A stretch of DNA of 64,000 bases, taken from NCBI GenBank assembly GCA_013265495.1, contig MU063252.1:930001-994000 (forward strand), read 5' to 3'. The position numbers and the translations under genes are program-made. Shown piece after piece: positions 1 through 10,800 of the stretch. The notes under the pieces were generated by a model, which worked only from the letters and a program-made list of their open reading frames with translations, searched no databases and was not told where the DNA came from. Origin of the DNA: Vicugna vicugna. Taxonomy: Eukaryota. The stretch's first letter is position 1. Every line of letters begins with the position of its first letter.

Positions 1-749
1 GTTTAGCACGTGTGAAACCTGATTAAATCACCGAGCCCTAAAGGCAGTATGCATTTATTTTCTGTAAATCAACCTAAAACCTTTGTTCACAGTTCTCCAG
101 CAAGTGGGACCTCACATTGGTTATTTTTATTCCCCCTCTGGTCGTTTGTACAGAGGTTGTGAGTTTGTAAAAAAGAAAAAAAAAATGGGCAGGAAGCAGT
201 CTCCCCTCTTTCAATGAGTAAGATTTTCCAGTTTACAGGCCGAACTTGGGGTGCTGGCATCTCTGGCAAGGTTGGGAGCTCTGGTGCTAGGGTTCCAGCG
301 CCCGAGGGACAACTCGCAACTATCCCCTCCGGCCTGTGGCCCTCTCCGACCTCCATCCCGTTTCCAGGCAGGGGGTTCTCCAGCTGCTGCTGCTTCTCAA
401 AGAGCCAGACTGTCTCCTGCCTCCCCCACCCCAAGAAACCCAGCACAATTCTTCTCAATGGCTTATGCCTCAAGAAAGCAAAAATCAGACTAGGATGTGT
501 CTTGCAAGTCACCTTTTTTTTTTAGCCCAGAAGCAGAAATTGCTCCTGAGACAAGGAGACACACAGGGTCATCCTGTCCTTGTGAAATGCATGGAGAATG
601 GGAAGGGACCATGAGGAAAGAAAGCAAATGGGTATCTCATGGAATCACTCTATCCCATAAGCATCACAGACAAGTAGGCAAGTGACAGGCCAAGAGGGCT
701 AGACAGGGCATTCTAGTTCACCTGAGATTTTACAAGCCTGCGCTTAGAG

Positions 750-940
750 CCTTGTTGCCCACGCGTGGTTCTACCACCAGCGACAACTGTTTGAGTTTGT
801 CAGAAATGTAGAACCTCACCGTGATCCAACCCCAGACTAATGAACACTAATAAACGTGTTCACTAATAAATGCTGCTAAGTATATATTTTAACAAGGTTT
901 CTGGGGGCTATGTATGCATATTACAGTTTGAGAAGCACCA
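750..940. mobile_element. MER5A/MER5-type hAT-Charlie MITE remnant
   Basis: Motifs cagaaatgtagaacctc...ccccagact and ttttaacaag...tatgcatattacagtttgagaagcac match the recalled MER5A consensus. Confidence 0.7.
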
Positions 941-1659
941 GCATAGAAGGCAAAAAGCACAGTGTATGTTTAAGTACAGTCAATAGATCATGTGGCTAAA
1001 ACCGAGGGTTTGTGCGAGAGAAAAAGTGTGACATGGTGGCTAGAAATGGTGGCTGAGCCAGCCAGCACAGAGACTTGACAGCCATGTTTAAGGAATGAGG
1101 TATTTCCCTGTAGTCATAGGGATCCACCAGAATTTTTTGCACTGAAGAACAACACATTGGAAGGATGGCTTAGGGAGATTTTTCCAGCAATATTGGAAGA
1201 AGGAGGATCTGTAGTCTCAAATTGTCTCTGTTAAGATCCCCCCTTCATGTCCATCAGACACTTTCAAGCAGACACGGGCTTTTTCAGGCTGCTGGGAGGC
1301 TATTACATGTACTAACACTCACCATGCAAAGATGTTCCTTTTAATAACTTGAAAGAGTGATTTTAGCTTTTGGTGTCACTGGGTTCTGCAAAGAGGCAGC
1401 GGGAGCTGTAATCCCAGGGATAAGAGAGGTTGGATGTTCATGGCCACTTAGAAACTAACACCAAGTGGACAGAAAATGTAGGGCAAACAGGGTCCTGGGA
1501 ACACAGTAGACGCATCTTTCAGGTTCCTGAACGCTGCAGCCTGCACCTTCCTTCACCTGCCCTTTGGCGGTTTCACCACTTATTTGAATTCTCTCCTGAG
1601 GTAGTTCAAGATGCGCCGTGGAGCTCGATGCTGTCATCCTCCTGAAACAGCCTCTAGGT

Positions 1660-1790
1660 CAGTGGTTGGCTGCCATCACTGCACATTAGAATCACCTGGG
1701 GAGCTTCAACGCTTCCCGCCGCCCAGCCATATCCCCAGACCGATCGAACAATTATTCCCGGTACTTCTAACAATCGTCCAGGTGTAGCTA
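1660..1790. mobile_element. MER5A-like fragment
   Basis: cagtggtt...gcacattagaatcacctggggagctt...ccccagacc...ccaggtg. Confidence 0.6.
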
Positions 1791-2499
1791 GAGTCAAGTA
1801 AATGCCTTCCAACTGGACATTACAGTGAAAGAGCAAATACTCTTCTGGTTCAGTGCGTGGGGTGAAATATAATGGTTGCCTTTTGTTAAGTCCATGATAG
1901 ATGACAAACACTGAGATCTGTGTTTCACATGCATTATCTGAGGCTCAAAGAAAAGAGTGCACTTGCTTATACTCAGGAAGCAGTCCAGCCAGGATTCAGC
2001 TTAAGGGAGAAAGACTTGGAGCCTGATCCTTGGTCCAAATCACAGATTCTGAGAATTCTTTGTGAATTCATTCATCCTTCCTACCCTGAACCAAGGCTCC
2101 TGAATACAAAGTATTTTTTTAATATTCTGAAAATAATGTATTCTGTGATTCAGTTTGTATATGCTCAGATATGGTTTGGCATGATGGGTCATTTCTAAAT
2201 GCCATCAGTATATAGTGTGGTGCCTTGGGTGTTGCAGGCATTCGATACCTGCTTTGTCTTAAGTGATGAATACGGGAATTCGTGGGACTTTGTAAAAGAA
2301 TACAGAGGCATCTGATTAAATCAATCCTATCACGCCAATCAGCGTGGCTATATCTTTTTAACAGCCATTGTCAGTAGCTCCACCTTATTTGGTTCACCTA
2401 CTAAATATGGACAAGTCTCTGTATTTTCCGTCTGACCTGCTGACTTGACTCAGCCACACTGGAGTTCCTCAGCCTCGTCAGTGTTTTCCTTATATCCAA

Positions 2500-2880
2500 A
2501 CAGGGGAGATGCCACATTTGCTGTTCTCTCCACTGGACTCAGCTCCTCCTCTCCCCTCTTTCCACCCTGACACCATCACTGCCACTCAGTGCCTGGGTAA
2601 CACCTTCAGATTCCAATTTAAATGTGATTTTTTAACAGCATATAATGATTTCTCAACACCCCCTCTTCCCATTATTTCCCTGCACTATTCCCCTTCCTTT
2701 CTTAAAACACATTATCACAACTTGCTTTTATGTATCTACTTGTAGGTTTATTTATAGATCGACTGGTTCCCCACTAAAATGTGTCTTCCTTGAGCAAAGG
2801 GTAATGTCTTGCTCTGCACTGTATTTCCAGCACCTAAAAGTACCTGGCACACAATAGGTGCTCACTGTAAGCACTGAATA
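2500..2880 (+). mobile_element. L2 LINE 3' fragment
   Basis: Ends in the typical L2 terminus: cttgagcaaagggtaatgtc...ccagcacctaaaagtacctggcacacaataggtgctca. Confidence 0.7.
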
Positions 2881-2970
2881 TTAAGTGTTTTTAAGTAGGC
2901 AGTTTCATTTCTAAAAATAATACTGTGTTTTTCTTAATTCCCATTCTTATAAGGGAGCTCGTTATATATA

Positions 2971-3788
2971 CAGCAGCCCCCACTTATCCATGGTTTCCCT
3001 TTCAGCAGGTTTAGTTACCCTTGGTCAACGGCGGTCCAAAAATACTGAATGAAAAATTCTAGAAGTAAATCATTCATAAATTTTAAATCATGCACTATTT
3101 TGAATAGTGTGATGAAATCTCATGCCATCCCGTTGTGTCCCGCCCTGGAGGTGAATTGTCCCTTTGTCCAGCACATCCCGTCCATTAGTCACTTAGCAGC
3201 CATCTGGGTTACCAGATCGACTATCACAGTATTCGCGATTATTTTACTTAATAATGGCCCTAAAGCACAAGAGTAGTGGTGCAGGCGATTCAGATCTGCC
3301 AAAGAGAAGCTGTGAAGTGCTTCCTTTAGTTGAAAAGGTGAAGGTTCTCAACTTAAGACAAGAAAAAAAGTTGTAGGTGATGTTGGTAAAATCTATGGTT
3401 AAAAATAGACCTTCTATCTATGAAATTGTGAATAAAAAAATAAATTCATGCTAATTCTAAACAATCACAGTCTAAACTGTAAACGTTATGACCACTGGTA
3501 CCTGATAAGTACTTAGTTACAATGGAAGAGGCATTCAATTTANNNNNNNNNNNNNNNNNNNNNNNNNNNNNNNNNNNNNNNNNNNNNNNNNNNNNNNNNN
3601 NNNNNNNNNNNNNNNNNNNNNNNNNNNNNNNNNNNNNNNNNNNNNNNNNNNNNNNNNNNNNNNNNNNNNNNNNNNNNNNNNNNNNNNNNNNAGGAAAAAA
3701 CAATATATATAGGATTTGGCACTATCTTTGGCTTCAGGCATTCACTGGGGTCTTGGAACGTATCACCTGAGGATAAGGGGGTACCACT
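2971..3788 (+). mobile_element. MER44/Tigger7-derived DNA transposon, with an N gap inside
   Basis: Inverted termini cagcagcccccacttatcc and ggataagggggtaccacta, flanked by TA (2969-2970 and 3789-3790). The body matches recalled MER44. A decayed transposase start lies at 3254-3376 (MALKHKSSGAGDSDLPKRSCEVLPLVEKVKVLNLRQEKKL*). Confidence 0.85.
3543..3691. other. Sequence gap (149 N)
   Basis: Run of N inside the MER44 element. Confidence 0.99.
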
Positions 3789-4504
3789 ATAATTGTGTTT
3801 TCTCACTTTAGTGTTTTCAAGTGTTGCTTAAAAATAAACAGTCAACTCAATATGCAGTATTTCCATTCTGTAGCCTACTAGTTTTTATTTTTTTTTGAAA
3901 CCCATTGAATTGTAGGAAGTCAGTGAGAGTCCATGTAAATGCAAGAATATTGCCCAGAGGGATAAAGAGATCAGGGGGTGAGTCCATTTTGAGATAGGAA
4001 TTTTGTGACATGTCCTGTTAATCTAGGGAAAGAATATTTTACTTCTGTCAACTTCCTGGAATTTTTCAAGAAGTTTTTAAAGAACTGGTTAATTTTCACA
4101 TATAATTACACTACTCTCTTCCAGTAATTCACCTTAAGAGATGTACAGTGATGACTCAGACTCCATATTTGTTTGCACAGCAGATTCCATTCAGTGCAGA
4201 ACCAGTGTGTACTCCCCACAACTTTCTATGGGTTTTTTTTTCCTGATTTTTATAATCTGTCTATTCATTTAGTCAGTTTACTTCAACGAGCTCTGTTAAC
4301 ATGCCTACAACGCGCCTTACCAGTGCTCCTTGCTATTGGAATGCAAAAGAAACCTCTTACAAAGTATTCAAAGAACTAACCATATCAAGATTAGAGGATA
4401 AAACCCATGATTTGGAGTAGGGGAGAGATCGAAGTGGAAAAGCATAGGAGACGGTAATAAAGTGAGATTCGAGCATACAAGGACCTCACTTTAGTATTGC
4501 CGCG

Positions 4505-4684
4505 TGTGACAAGCCCACAGCTAACATCGTACTCAATGGTGAAAGGTTGAAAGCTTCCCCGTCAAGATCAGAAACAAAATAAGGGTGCCCGCTTTGACCA
4601 CTGCTATAGTACTATGCAACATAGCACTAGAAGTCCTAGCCAGAGCAATCGGGCAAGAAAAAGAAATAAAAGGCATCCACATAG
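4505..4684 (+). mobile_element. Isolated L1 ORF2 reverse-transcriptase fragment
   Basis: Translates as CDKPTANIVLNGERLKASPSRSETK*GCPL*PLL, then after a frameshift as [23 protein letters not shown]. This matches the L1 ORF2p segment YDKPTANIILNG...[21 protein letters not shown]. Confidence 0.9.
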
Positions 4685-4929
4685 CTTACTTAAATGACAA
4701 CCAGCTTGGAAATCATCTGAACTTTGTTTAAATTCTGGTTGATATTTATTAACTTTGTCAGTTTCCACAGGCACATCAGTAGTTACCTTGATGAGTAGTT
4801 TTAAGGATTAAAAGATGCAACGTGTCTCATATAACACTTCTCAAAAATGTACAACTGTTATCTCTGATTAGTGTAAGAAAAGAGCAGTATTAAATTAACA
4901 AAGATTCATGGAGAAGGAGAGGTTTGAAA

Positions 4930-5480
4930 CTGAGTCATCCATTCAGTATACATTTTATTTTAGCCCTATTATGTGTCAGATCCTTTGGATACTGTGTTGA
5001 AGAAAATAGACATGATTTCTTGAATTCTAGGTTTTAATAGGGGAAAACAGACAATAAGCAAATTAAAGGATATAGTTCAGAAGAAAAGACCATGGAAGGC
5101 TGTAATGTGATAGAAAGAGACTTGGCTGGAGTTGGAGAAGCACAGGGGCAGACACTCTGAGCAGGTCATGTGTGAGATGAGACCTGGACATGCAGCTCAC
5201 CACAGGAGGATCTGGAGGAAGCATGTTTCAGGCAGAGGGACGGAAAGGGCAAAGCTCAGAGGCAGGATCCTGCTTGGTGTGGATGGCCAGCGTAAATGGA
5301 GGGCATGGAGGAGAGAAAGTCATTGAGGTGAGGTTCCAGAAGTAATTCTGGGCTTTTAACAGTGAGCTCCTGGAAGACCATGGAGCAAGAGGATTTGATT
5401 AGATGGACCTGTTGCATTGCTTCAAGTTTTGCCAGTAAATTACCACTGAAGGGAAAAACTGAATCCCAAGCAATGAGACA
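4930..5480 (-). mobile_element. L2 LINE fragments
   Basis: catccattcagtatacatt...tatgtgtcag, aaatagacatgatttc and ggggaaaacagacaataagcaaatt are typical reverse-strand L2 3' motifs. Confidence 0.55.
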
Positions 5481-6719
5481 AGGAAAAATGAGCATGGCTG
5501 AAAATATAAAGTCATCATTTGTCTAAGTTTTTCAATTAAGCAAAGGAAATTCAATGCCATGGTTACTAGTTTTATTTAAAAGGTACCTATGGACTGTCAA
5601 CAGAAGTTCATCACCAATCCTAATGCCTTCCAGGGCTTGTTTCTTCTCTTTGGATTCAGTTTTCTTCCTAATCAAATCTTAGTCAGACAATTGTGAAAAA
5701 TCGAGTTCTTACTCCAAATGCATTATATTCTACATGGAGAACCCTCCTAAAAATAAAGCATTAGGGAGGCAGAATTTATATATTTAAACAGCCTGTCTGC
5801 TTCGAACTTTTTATATCATTCATCAAGAGACCTTTTAGTTTTTTCCTCTTTTTTTCCTTACACTTTTCCAATCTCAGAGGCAGCTTCAGTGGTTTACATA
5901 TCTGGAATCCACATGCATAGTATTAAAACGTGGTGAGGAGTATTATATGTCTCTTTCTAAGCGAGTGGTTATTATTTAAATAATAGATATTTTCCTGATA
6001 TCCTGTCCCTTCGCTTTCTTTAAATCAATTTGCTAGAAAAAATAAAATTTTGGAACTTCCCTAAATTATCAGAACTTTTTCTTTTATCAGATTATAACAG
6101 CACCATTTTATAATGCACCTTTTTTTTAAAGTTTATAGTGGATTGCCAACAAGCTTCCCACTGCTTACCCACATTATACTCAGTCTTCCACCCACAAAGT
6201 CATAGAAAAGATAACTGATCTCCTGGATCTCTGTTTCCGATATGCATGTGAAAAGAAATGAGCTAATGTATGTTAGGCTAGGCACAGTGCTCAACACAGA
6301 GTAGGTGCTCAATAAATGAGGATTCCTTTTCCATAGTCCAGAAATTTTCTGCTTGAGTCAGGTTGCCTTACATCTTATATACTAATGAAAGATGCTGGCG
6401 TTAATAGATCTTTCTACCCTGTCTTAGTCCAGGTATTGTTTTGGACATCACAAACTTGTCCCCAAATCCCTGAACTCTATCAAGCTTCTGAGCAGGATAA
6501 ATGTTTATTTCTCTACCTTGATGACTGATATCACCAATTTATTCTGGGCCTTGTGGACAAAATTCCTGTATCTTCACCCTGTTGATCTAGATTCATCACG
6601 AAGATTCATTTCCACTTGGCAATCTACCTCTTCCTTGAATCACAATTAATATTTGAGATTTTTTTCAATTGCCTTCACCGTTTGGGTTCTTGTGTAGGAT
6701 TAAAACAAGAAACAGGCTG

Positions 6720-6900
6720 ACCTGAGTTGGAATCTTTATAATATGATTAACTGGTCAAGTGGCCTTGGGCAAGTCCCTGAACTTTTTCCAACCCTCGTAT
6801 TCTTTTCTGAAAATTGTAGGCGGTAAACCCAACCCCAGAGACAAATGTGAAAATTAAATGAAGTAAAGCATATTAAGCACTTAGTGCAGTGGCTACCACA
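6720..6900 (+). mobile_element. MIR SINE
   Basis: ggccttgggcaagtccctgaac...gtgaaaattaaatgaagtaaagcatattaagcacttag. Confidence 0.65.
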
Positions 6901-6935
6901 ATTATGTTCTCAGGCAGTTAGTTAACGATGGCAAT

Positions 6936-6938
<3 letters not shown>

Positions 6939-6970
<32 letters not shown>
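6939..6970. repeat. (AC)16 microsatellite
   Basis: Seen directly; followed by the degenerate tcactcacacaca. Confidence 0.97.
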
Positions 6971-6974
<4 letters not shown>

Positions 6975-7460
6975 TCACACACAGACAAAGGGAGACAGAG
7001 GAAGTGGTTTAATCATATTTCAGACCCAAACGCTATTACCAATGGTAATGTTAGGAAATCTGACCTGGGCAGAATAAGGAATGTTATCACCCACTTTACC
7101 TACAGGAAGAAGGAAGTTAAATTACAGCTCTAATGGCCAGAACCAGGGATTTGAGTCAAGTTCATTTGATATGATTGTCAAAGCATTGTGAGGTGCAAAA
7201 TATTTACCAGAAAAGAAAAAAGAATAAAGGAACAGGAATTCAGATCAGCGACCCCTACTCCTCCATGATCTAAATCCTACTAATTATTTAAAAAAGATAA
7301 ATTGAAAAGTGTCTCTCCATCCTCTCCTTTTTGGGATGTTCCCTTCTTCCTCAGCTTACATCAGTATATGCACTTTTTCCATCCAAATGAGTGTTCACTT
7401 CAATGGAAAAGGATACACAAATGTATTTTGAGGGAATTTATGTCAATTTGTTATAAAACC

Positions 7461-7468
7461 AAAAAAAA

Positions 7469-7504
<36 letters not shown>

Positions 7505-7533
7505 CAACAACAACAAAAAAAAACAAACAAAAA
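7461..7533 (+). repeat. Compound A-rich repeat: A25, (GAAAA)n, (AAC)n, A-runs
   Basis: Seen directly. Confidence 0.95.
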
Positions 7534-8069
7534 ATAGGTTCTGCTGCTGATGCACTGTAACACTGTGGATTGTCAAAAGTAAAATTGCCTACTCTTGGCA
7601 TCGTCATTCATCACGTTGCCTAAGCAGAACTGCAATCTCAGAGGAAGTGGGAAGGGGATGAGAAGTGAGAAGTGACATAAAATGATTAGTTCCGCTCCAC
7701 AGACGCAGAATGCTGGCATGTGAGGACCAAGTCAAGCATCTTAGCTGTGAATTTGTTTGTGAACATGTCTGTGATTTACACCATGAGGAAAAGAAAAATG
7801 AAAAGAACATGTAACCACATTTTAGGACTGCCTGTGATGGTGAAAAAATAAGCAGGCTGCATTTTTTTTTAACTTGGTGTTATTGTCTTAACAACTTCGT
7901 TGAACCTGCAGACGCCCCCGCCGCACACTTCCACATGTGTTCCTGTTAATGTTAAGCCTGCTACTAACGACAAAATAAACACAGCATAGTTACTAGGAGT
8001 CAGAAAAATGTGACATTCATTTTCATTATGCCCTCCCCAAATCACTGTGCTTAAAAGTGCTAATGCCGG

Positions 8070-8165
8070 ACACAGACTGGCTGAATGTGAATCTCAGCCC
8101 TGTCATTACTTGTCCTGGAAACTGGGGCAAGTTACTTGACCTTACTTTGTCTCAGTTTCCTCATC
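8070..8165 (+). mobile_element. MIR core fragment
   Basis: ggggcaagttacttgaccttactttgtctcagtttcctcatc. Confidence 0.7.
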
Positions 8166-8204
8166 GGACTCAAAAAGTGTGGAGGATGATCATAGACCTA
8201 CTTC

Positions 8205-8353
8205 ATAGGCTACTCAATTCTGTAGTTGTAGCGAGAAAGCAAGCCTGGACAGTATCTGAACTAATGAGCATGGCTGTGTTCTAATTAAACTTTATTTATA
8301 AAACAGGAGGCAGGGCTGGATTTGGCGAGTGATTCACAGTCTGCCAACCCCTG
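8205..8353. mobile_element. MER58A (hAT-Charlie) fragment
   Basis: gctactcaattctgtagttgtagcgagaaagca...ggctgtgttctaattaaactttatttataaaacagg...ggatttggc...gccaacccctg. Confidence 0.8.
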
Positions 8354-9267
8354 GTTGAGCTCACAGAATGTAAGGTCTGGGAGGAACTTTAGCGGTTACC
8401 TAGTTTGACACCTTCATTTTATGTATGAGACAACAAAGAGACAGGAAGAGGCTGTAACTTACTGACTTCCTCCTCACACCTCTCCAAAATCACAGAGCTA
8501 GTGTTAAAAACAAAACAAAATAAACAAAAACAACCCTACTATTGTTGTGTTACAACTTAGGATATCATTCTCATCTTCAGAGTTCCAATAATGATGTTTT
8601 CTTTTCCAGAAGTAAAGATTTCCCCTAGTATGCATCTCAGAGTTTCCCCTGGTCTTATGGCCCAGAAGCAGACCAAGAGAGGATTCACCAGCAAGTAACA
8701 AACAGGTAGGGGAGATAAGACAGCGGAGGGAGGGTAAACTCAACAAGGGTGAGGTGTCAAGCAAAAGCCATTCAGAGGGTAAGTTTGAGTCTAACTCCAC
8801 AAGGGACCTCCGGAGTCTAAGTTGTTTTAAGAATTGCTTTATTTCCCGCCGTGAAGTCATTGGTTAATGGGCATCCTGCAGGCTGCAAGCTTTCCAGGTA
8901 TCTCCCAGTGGGCCAGAGCTGCCACAGCAGCCAGAGGGTAATACATTAAAGAGGCTGCATGCAGGACTGGCCCTAGAATTCACTCCAAAAAATGTGTTCT
9001 GTATGTGTGTTGGGCTGGGTAGAGGGTGGGTGCGGATGGAATACAAAAATGATCTAAAGGAATTTGGGCAGAGAACTTCCATTGTCTCCTGCATGACCTT
9101 AAGAGCAGGAAAATAAATACATTAACCTGTTTGAAGTTATAGACCAGAGATCCTTCCCGCAAGCTAGATACTTAGTTAAAGCTTCTTGCTTTATCTCTAA
9201 AAATGTATATGAATTTTGTATTTTACCTTAACATCTCAGTGATTACTGGAAGGTCTTTCCACGTCTG

Positions 9268-9690
9268 TAAGTTTGTTTTCTCTGCCTGTGAGCCTGTCTC
9301 AGTTTTCTAAGTGAGTTCATTTATGTCTTTTTAATTTTTTTAGATTCCACATATGAGTGATATCATATGGTGGTTTTCTCTCTCTTTCTGGCTTACTTNN
9401 NNNNNNNNNNNNNNNNNNNNNNNNNNNNNNNNNNNNNNNNNNNNNNNNNNNNNNNNNNNNNNNNNNNNNNNNNNNNNNNNNNNNNNNNNNNNNNNNNNNN
9501 NNNNNNNNNNNNNNNNNNNNNNNNNNNNNNNNNNNNNNNNNNNNNNNNNNNNNNNNNNNNNNNNNNNNNNNNNNNNCTACTCTAAATAGTGCTGCTATAA
9601 AAATTGGGGTGTGTGTATCTTTTTGTATTAGAGTTTCCCTCCAGATCCATGCCCAAGAGTGGGATTGCTGGATCACAGGCTACGTCTATT
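9268..9690 (-). mobile_element. L1 ORF2-end/3'UTR fragment, interrupted by a gap
   Basis: ttagattccacatatgagtgatatcatatgg and aaatagtgctgctataaaaattggggtg...cccaagagtgggattgctggatca. The minus-strand frame reads IQQSHSWAWIWRETLIQKDTHTPIFIAALF, like the L1 ORF2 C-terminus. Confidence 0.9.
9399..9576. other. Sequence gap (178 N)
   Basis: Run of N inside the L1 fragment. Confidence 0.99.
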
Positions 9691-10171
9691 GCTTATCTTT
9701 CCTAATGTTCCATTTATACTTCCCTCTGCAAATAGATGGATGAAAGGGGACAACCAGCGCCTAAGTACCACCAACCCTTAGCTTCAAGAGGGAAAAAACA
9801 GTAGATGAGCATTTATTTTGGTATTCAGGTTTCTTACAGTAAAATCGTAAGTGCTTTTCCAATCTAATTTTAAAAGAATCTGGGATATAGGGTTTCTTTC
9901 CCAAGTCAGTTCAACTTCCCTCTAAGATTAAAATGGTCTGTAATGCCATGCCGTTCCTTCTAAATATTCTTGTGCCCCTTCCAATACGGAGATGACATAA
10001 AAGACCCTCTTGGATCAACAGTGCCATTTACAAGATAGGCGAAGTATTTTGTTTGTTTGCTGGTTTGTTTTCTCTCCTGGTAAAGCTCTAACTATATTTT
10101 CCCAGTAGGGGATTTTTTTTTTTTTCCTTCTCTATGGCTCCGTAATCCATGATTCCTCTTTATTGTTTCGG

Positions 10172-10264
10172 TCTGTCTGTGGCTGCTTTCATGCTCCTGT
10201 TGCAGAGGTGAGTAGCCTGTAAAGTCTAAAATATTTACTATCAGGAAAAGTTTGCTGATTTCTG
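10172..10264. mobile_element. MER58A fragment with internal deletions
   Basis: tgtctgtggctgctttcatgc...gcagaggtgagtag / aaagtctaaaatatttactatc / aaaagtttgctgatttctg. Confidence 0.7.
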
Positions 10265-10429
10265 ATTAAAATGATGTGGCAACAATTACATCACTGACAA
10301 GTGATTAAAAGGCGACTGGGCTCTGGCGTGCTCTACCTCTATCTACATAATTTGAAATCTTCATCCTAATACCGAGGTTCTCCACATCTTGGCTGACGTT
10401 GCCAGCCATTCCATCTCTCTATTTTAGCC

Positions 10430-10800
10430 AGACATGGATTTCCTGATTAAGAAACTTACCTCAAGCTTCCCCATCGCCTGCTAATAACTGCAATAATATT
10501 TTACCCATCCTTCAAGGTTCATTTCTAATAGCATCTTTCCAGTAAAGGCTTTCCCTTTAATTCCAGCCAGCTGTGATCTCTTTTCCCTGCAATCTCCTTG
10601 GATTATGCTCTTCTAAATTTATGCTTTTCTTGTGATATTAATATTCTGCGGCTTAATCATTTTTGCTAGCCTCCTCACCCTCACCTGCCACAATTTAGCT
10701 CCTTGCAGGGAGGAATGTTGTTAATTCACCTTTCTGTCCCCTGCAGAACTGAGCACATTTCCACGTGAATTGATACTGAGTATATTCACTGAATGGCTAA
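10430..10800 (+). mobile_element. L2 LINE 3' fragment
   Basis: tccttcaaggttcatttctaatagcatcttt...ctccttgcagggaggaatgttgttaattcacctttctgtccc...gagcacat...tattcactgaatg. Confidence 0.55.

Noticed and set aside
87-685. Overlapping ORFs of 62-141 aa at the window start
   Set aside because: No recognisable domain or splice structure, and they occur in several frames on both strands.
841-870. Small hairpin tgaacac-taataaac-gtgttca with a duplicated cactaataaa
   Set aside because: A 7-bp stem inside a MER5A remnant; probably a local replication scar.
2433-2454. TGAC x3 ending in TGACTCAGC (AP-1/ARE-like)
   Set aside because: Short motif 18 kb from the gene, beside an L2 remnant; expected by chance at this scale.
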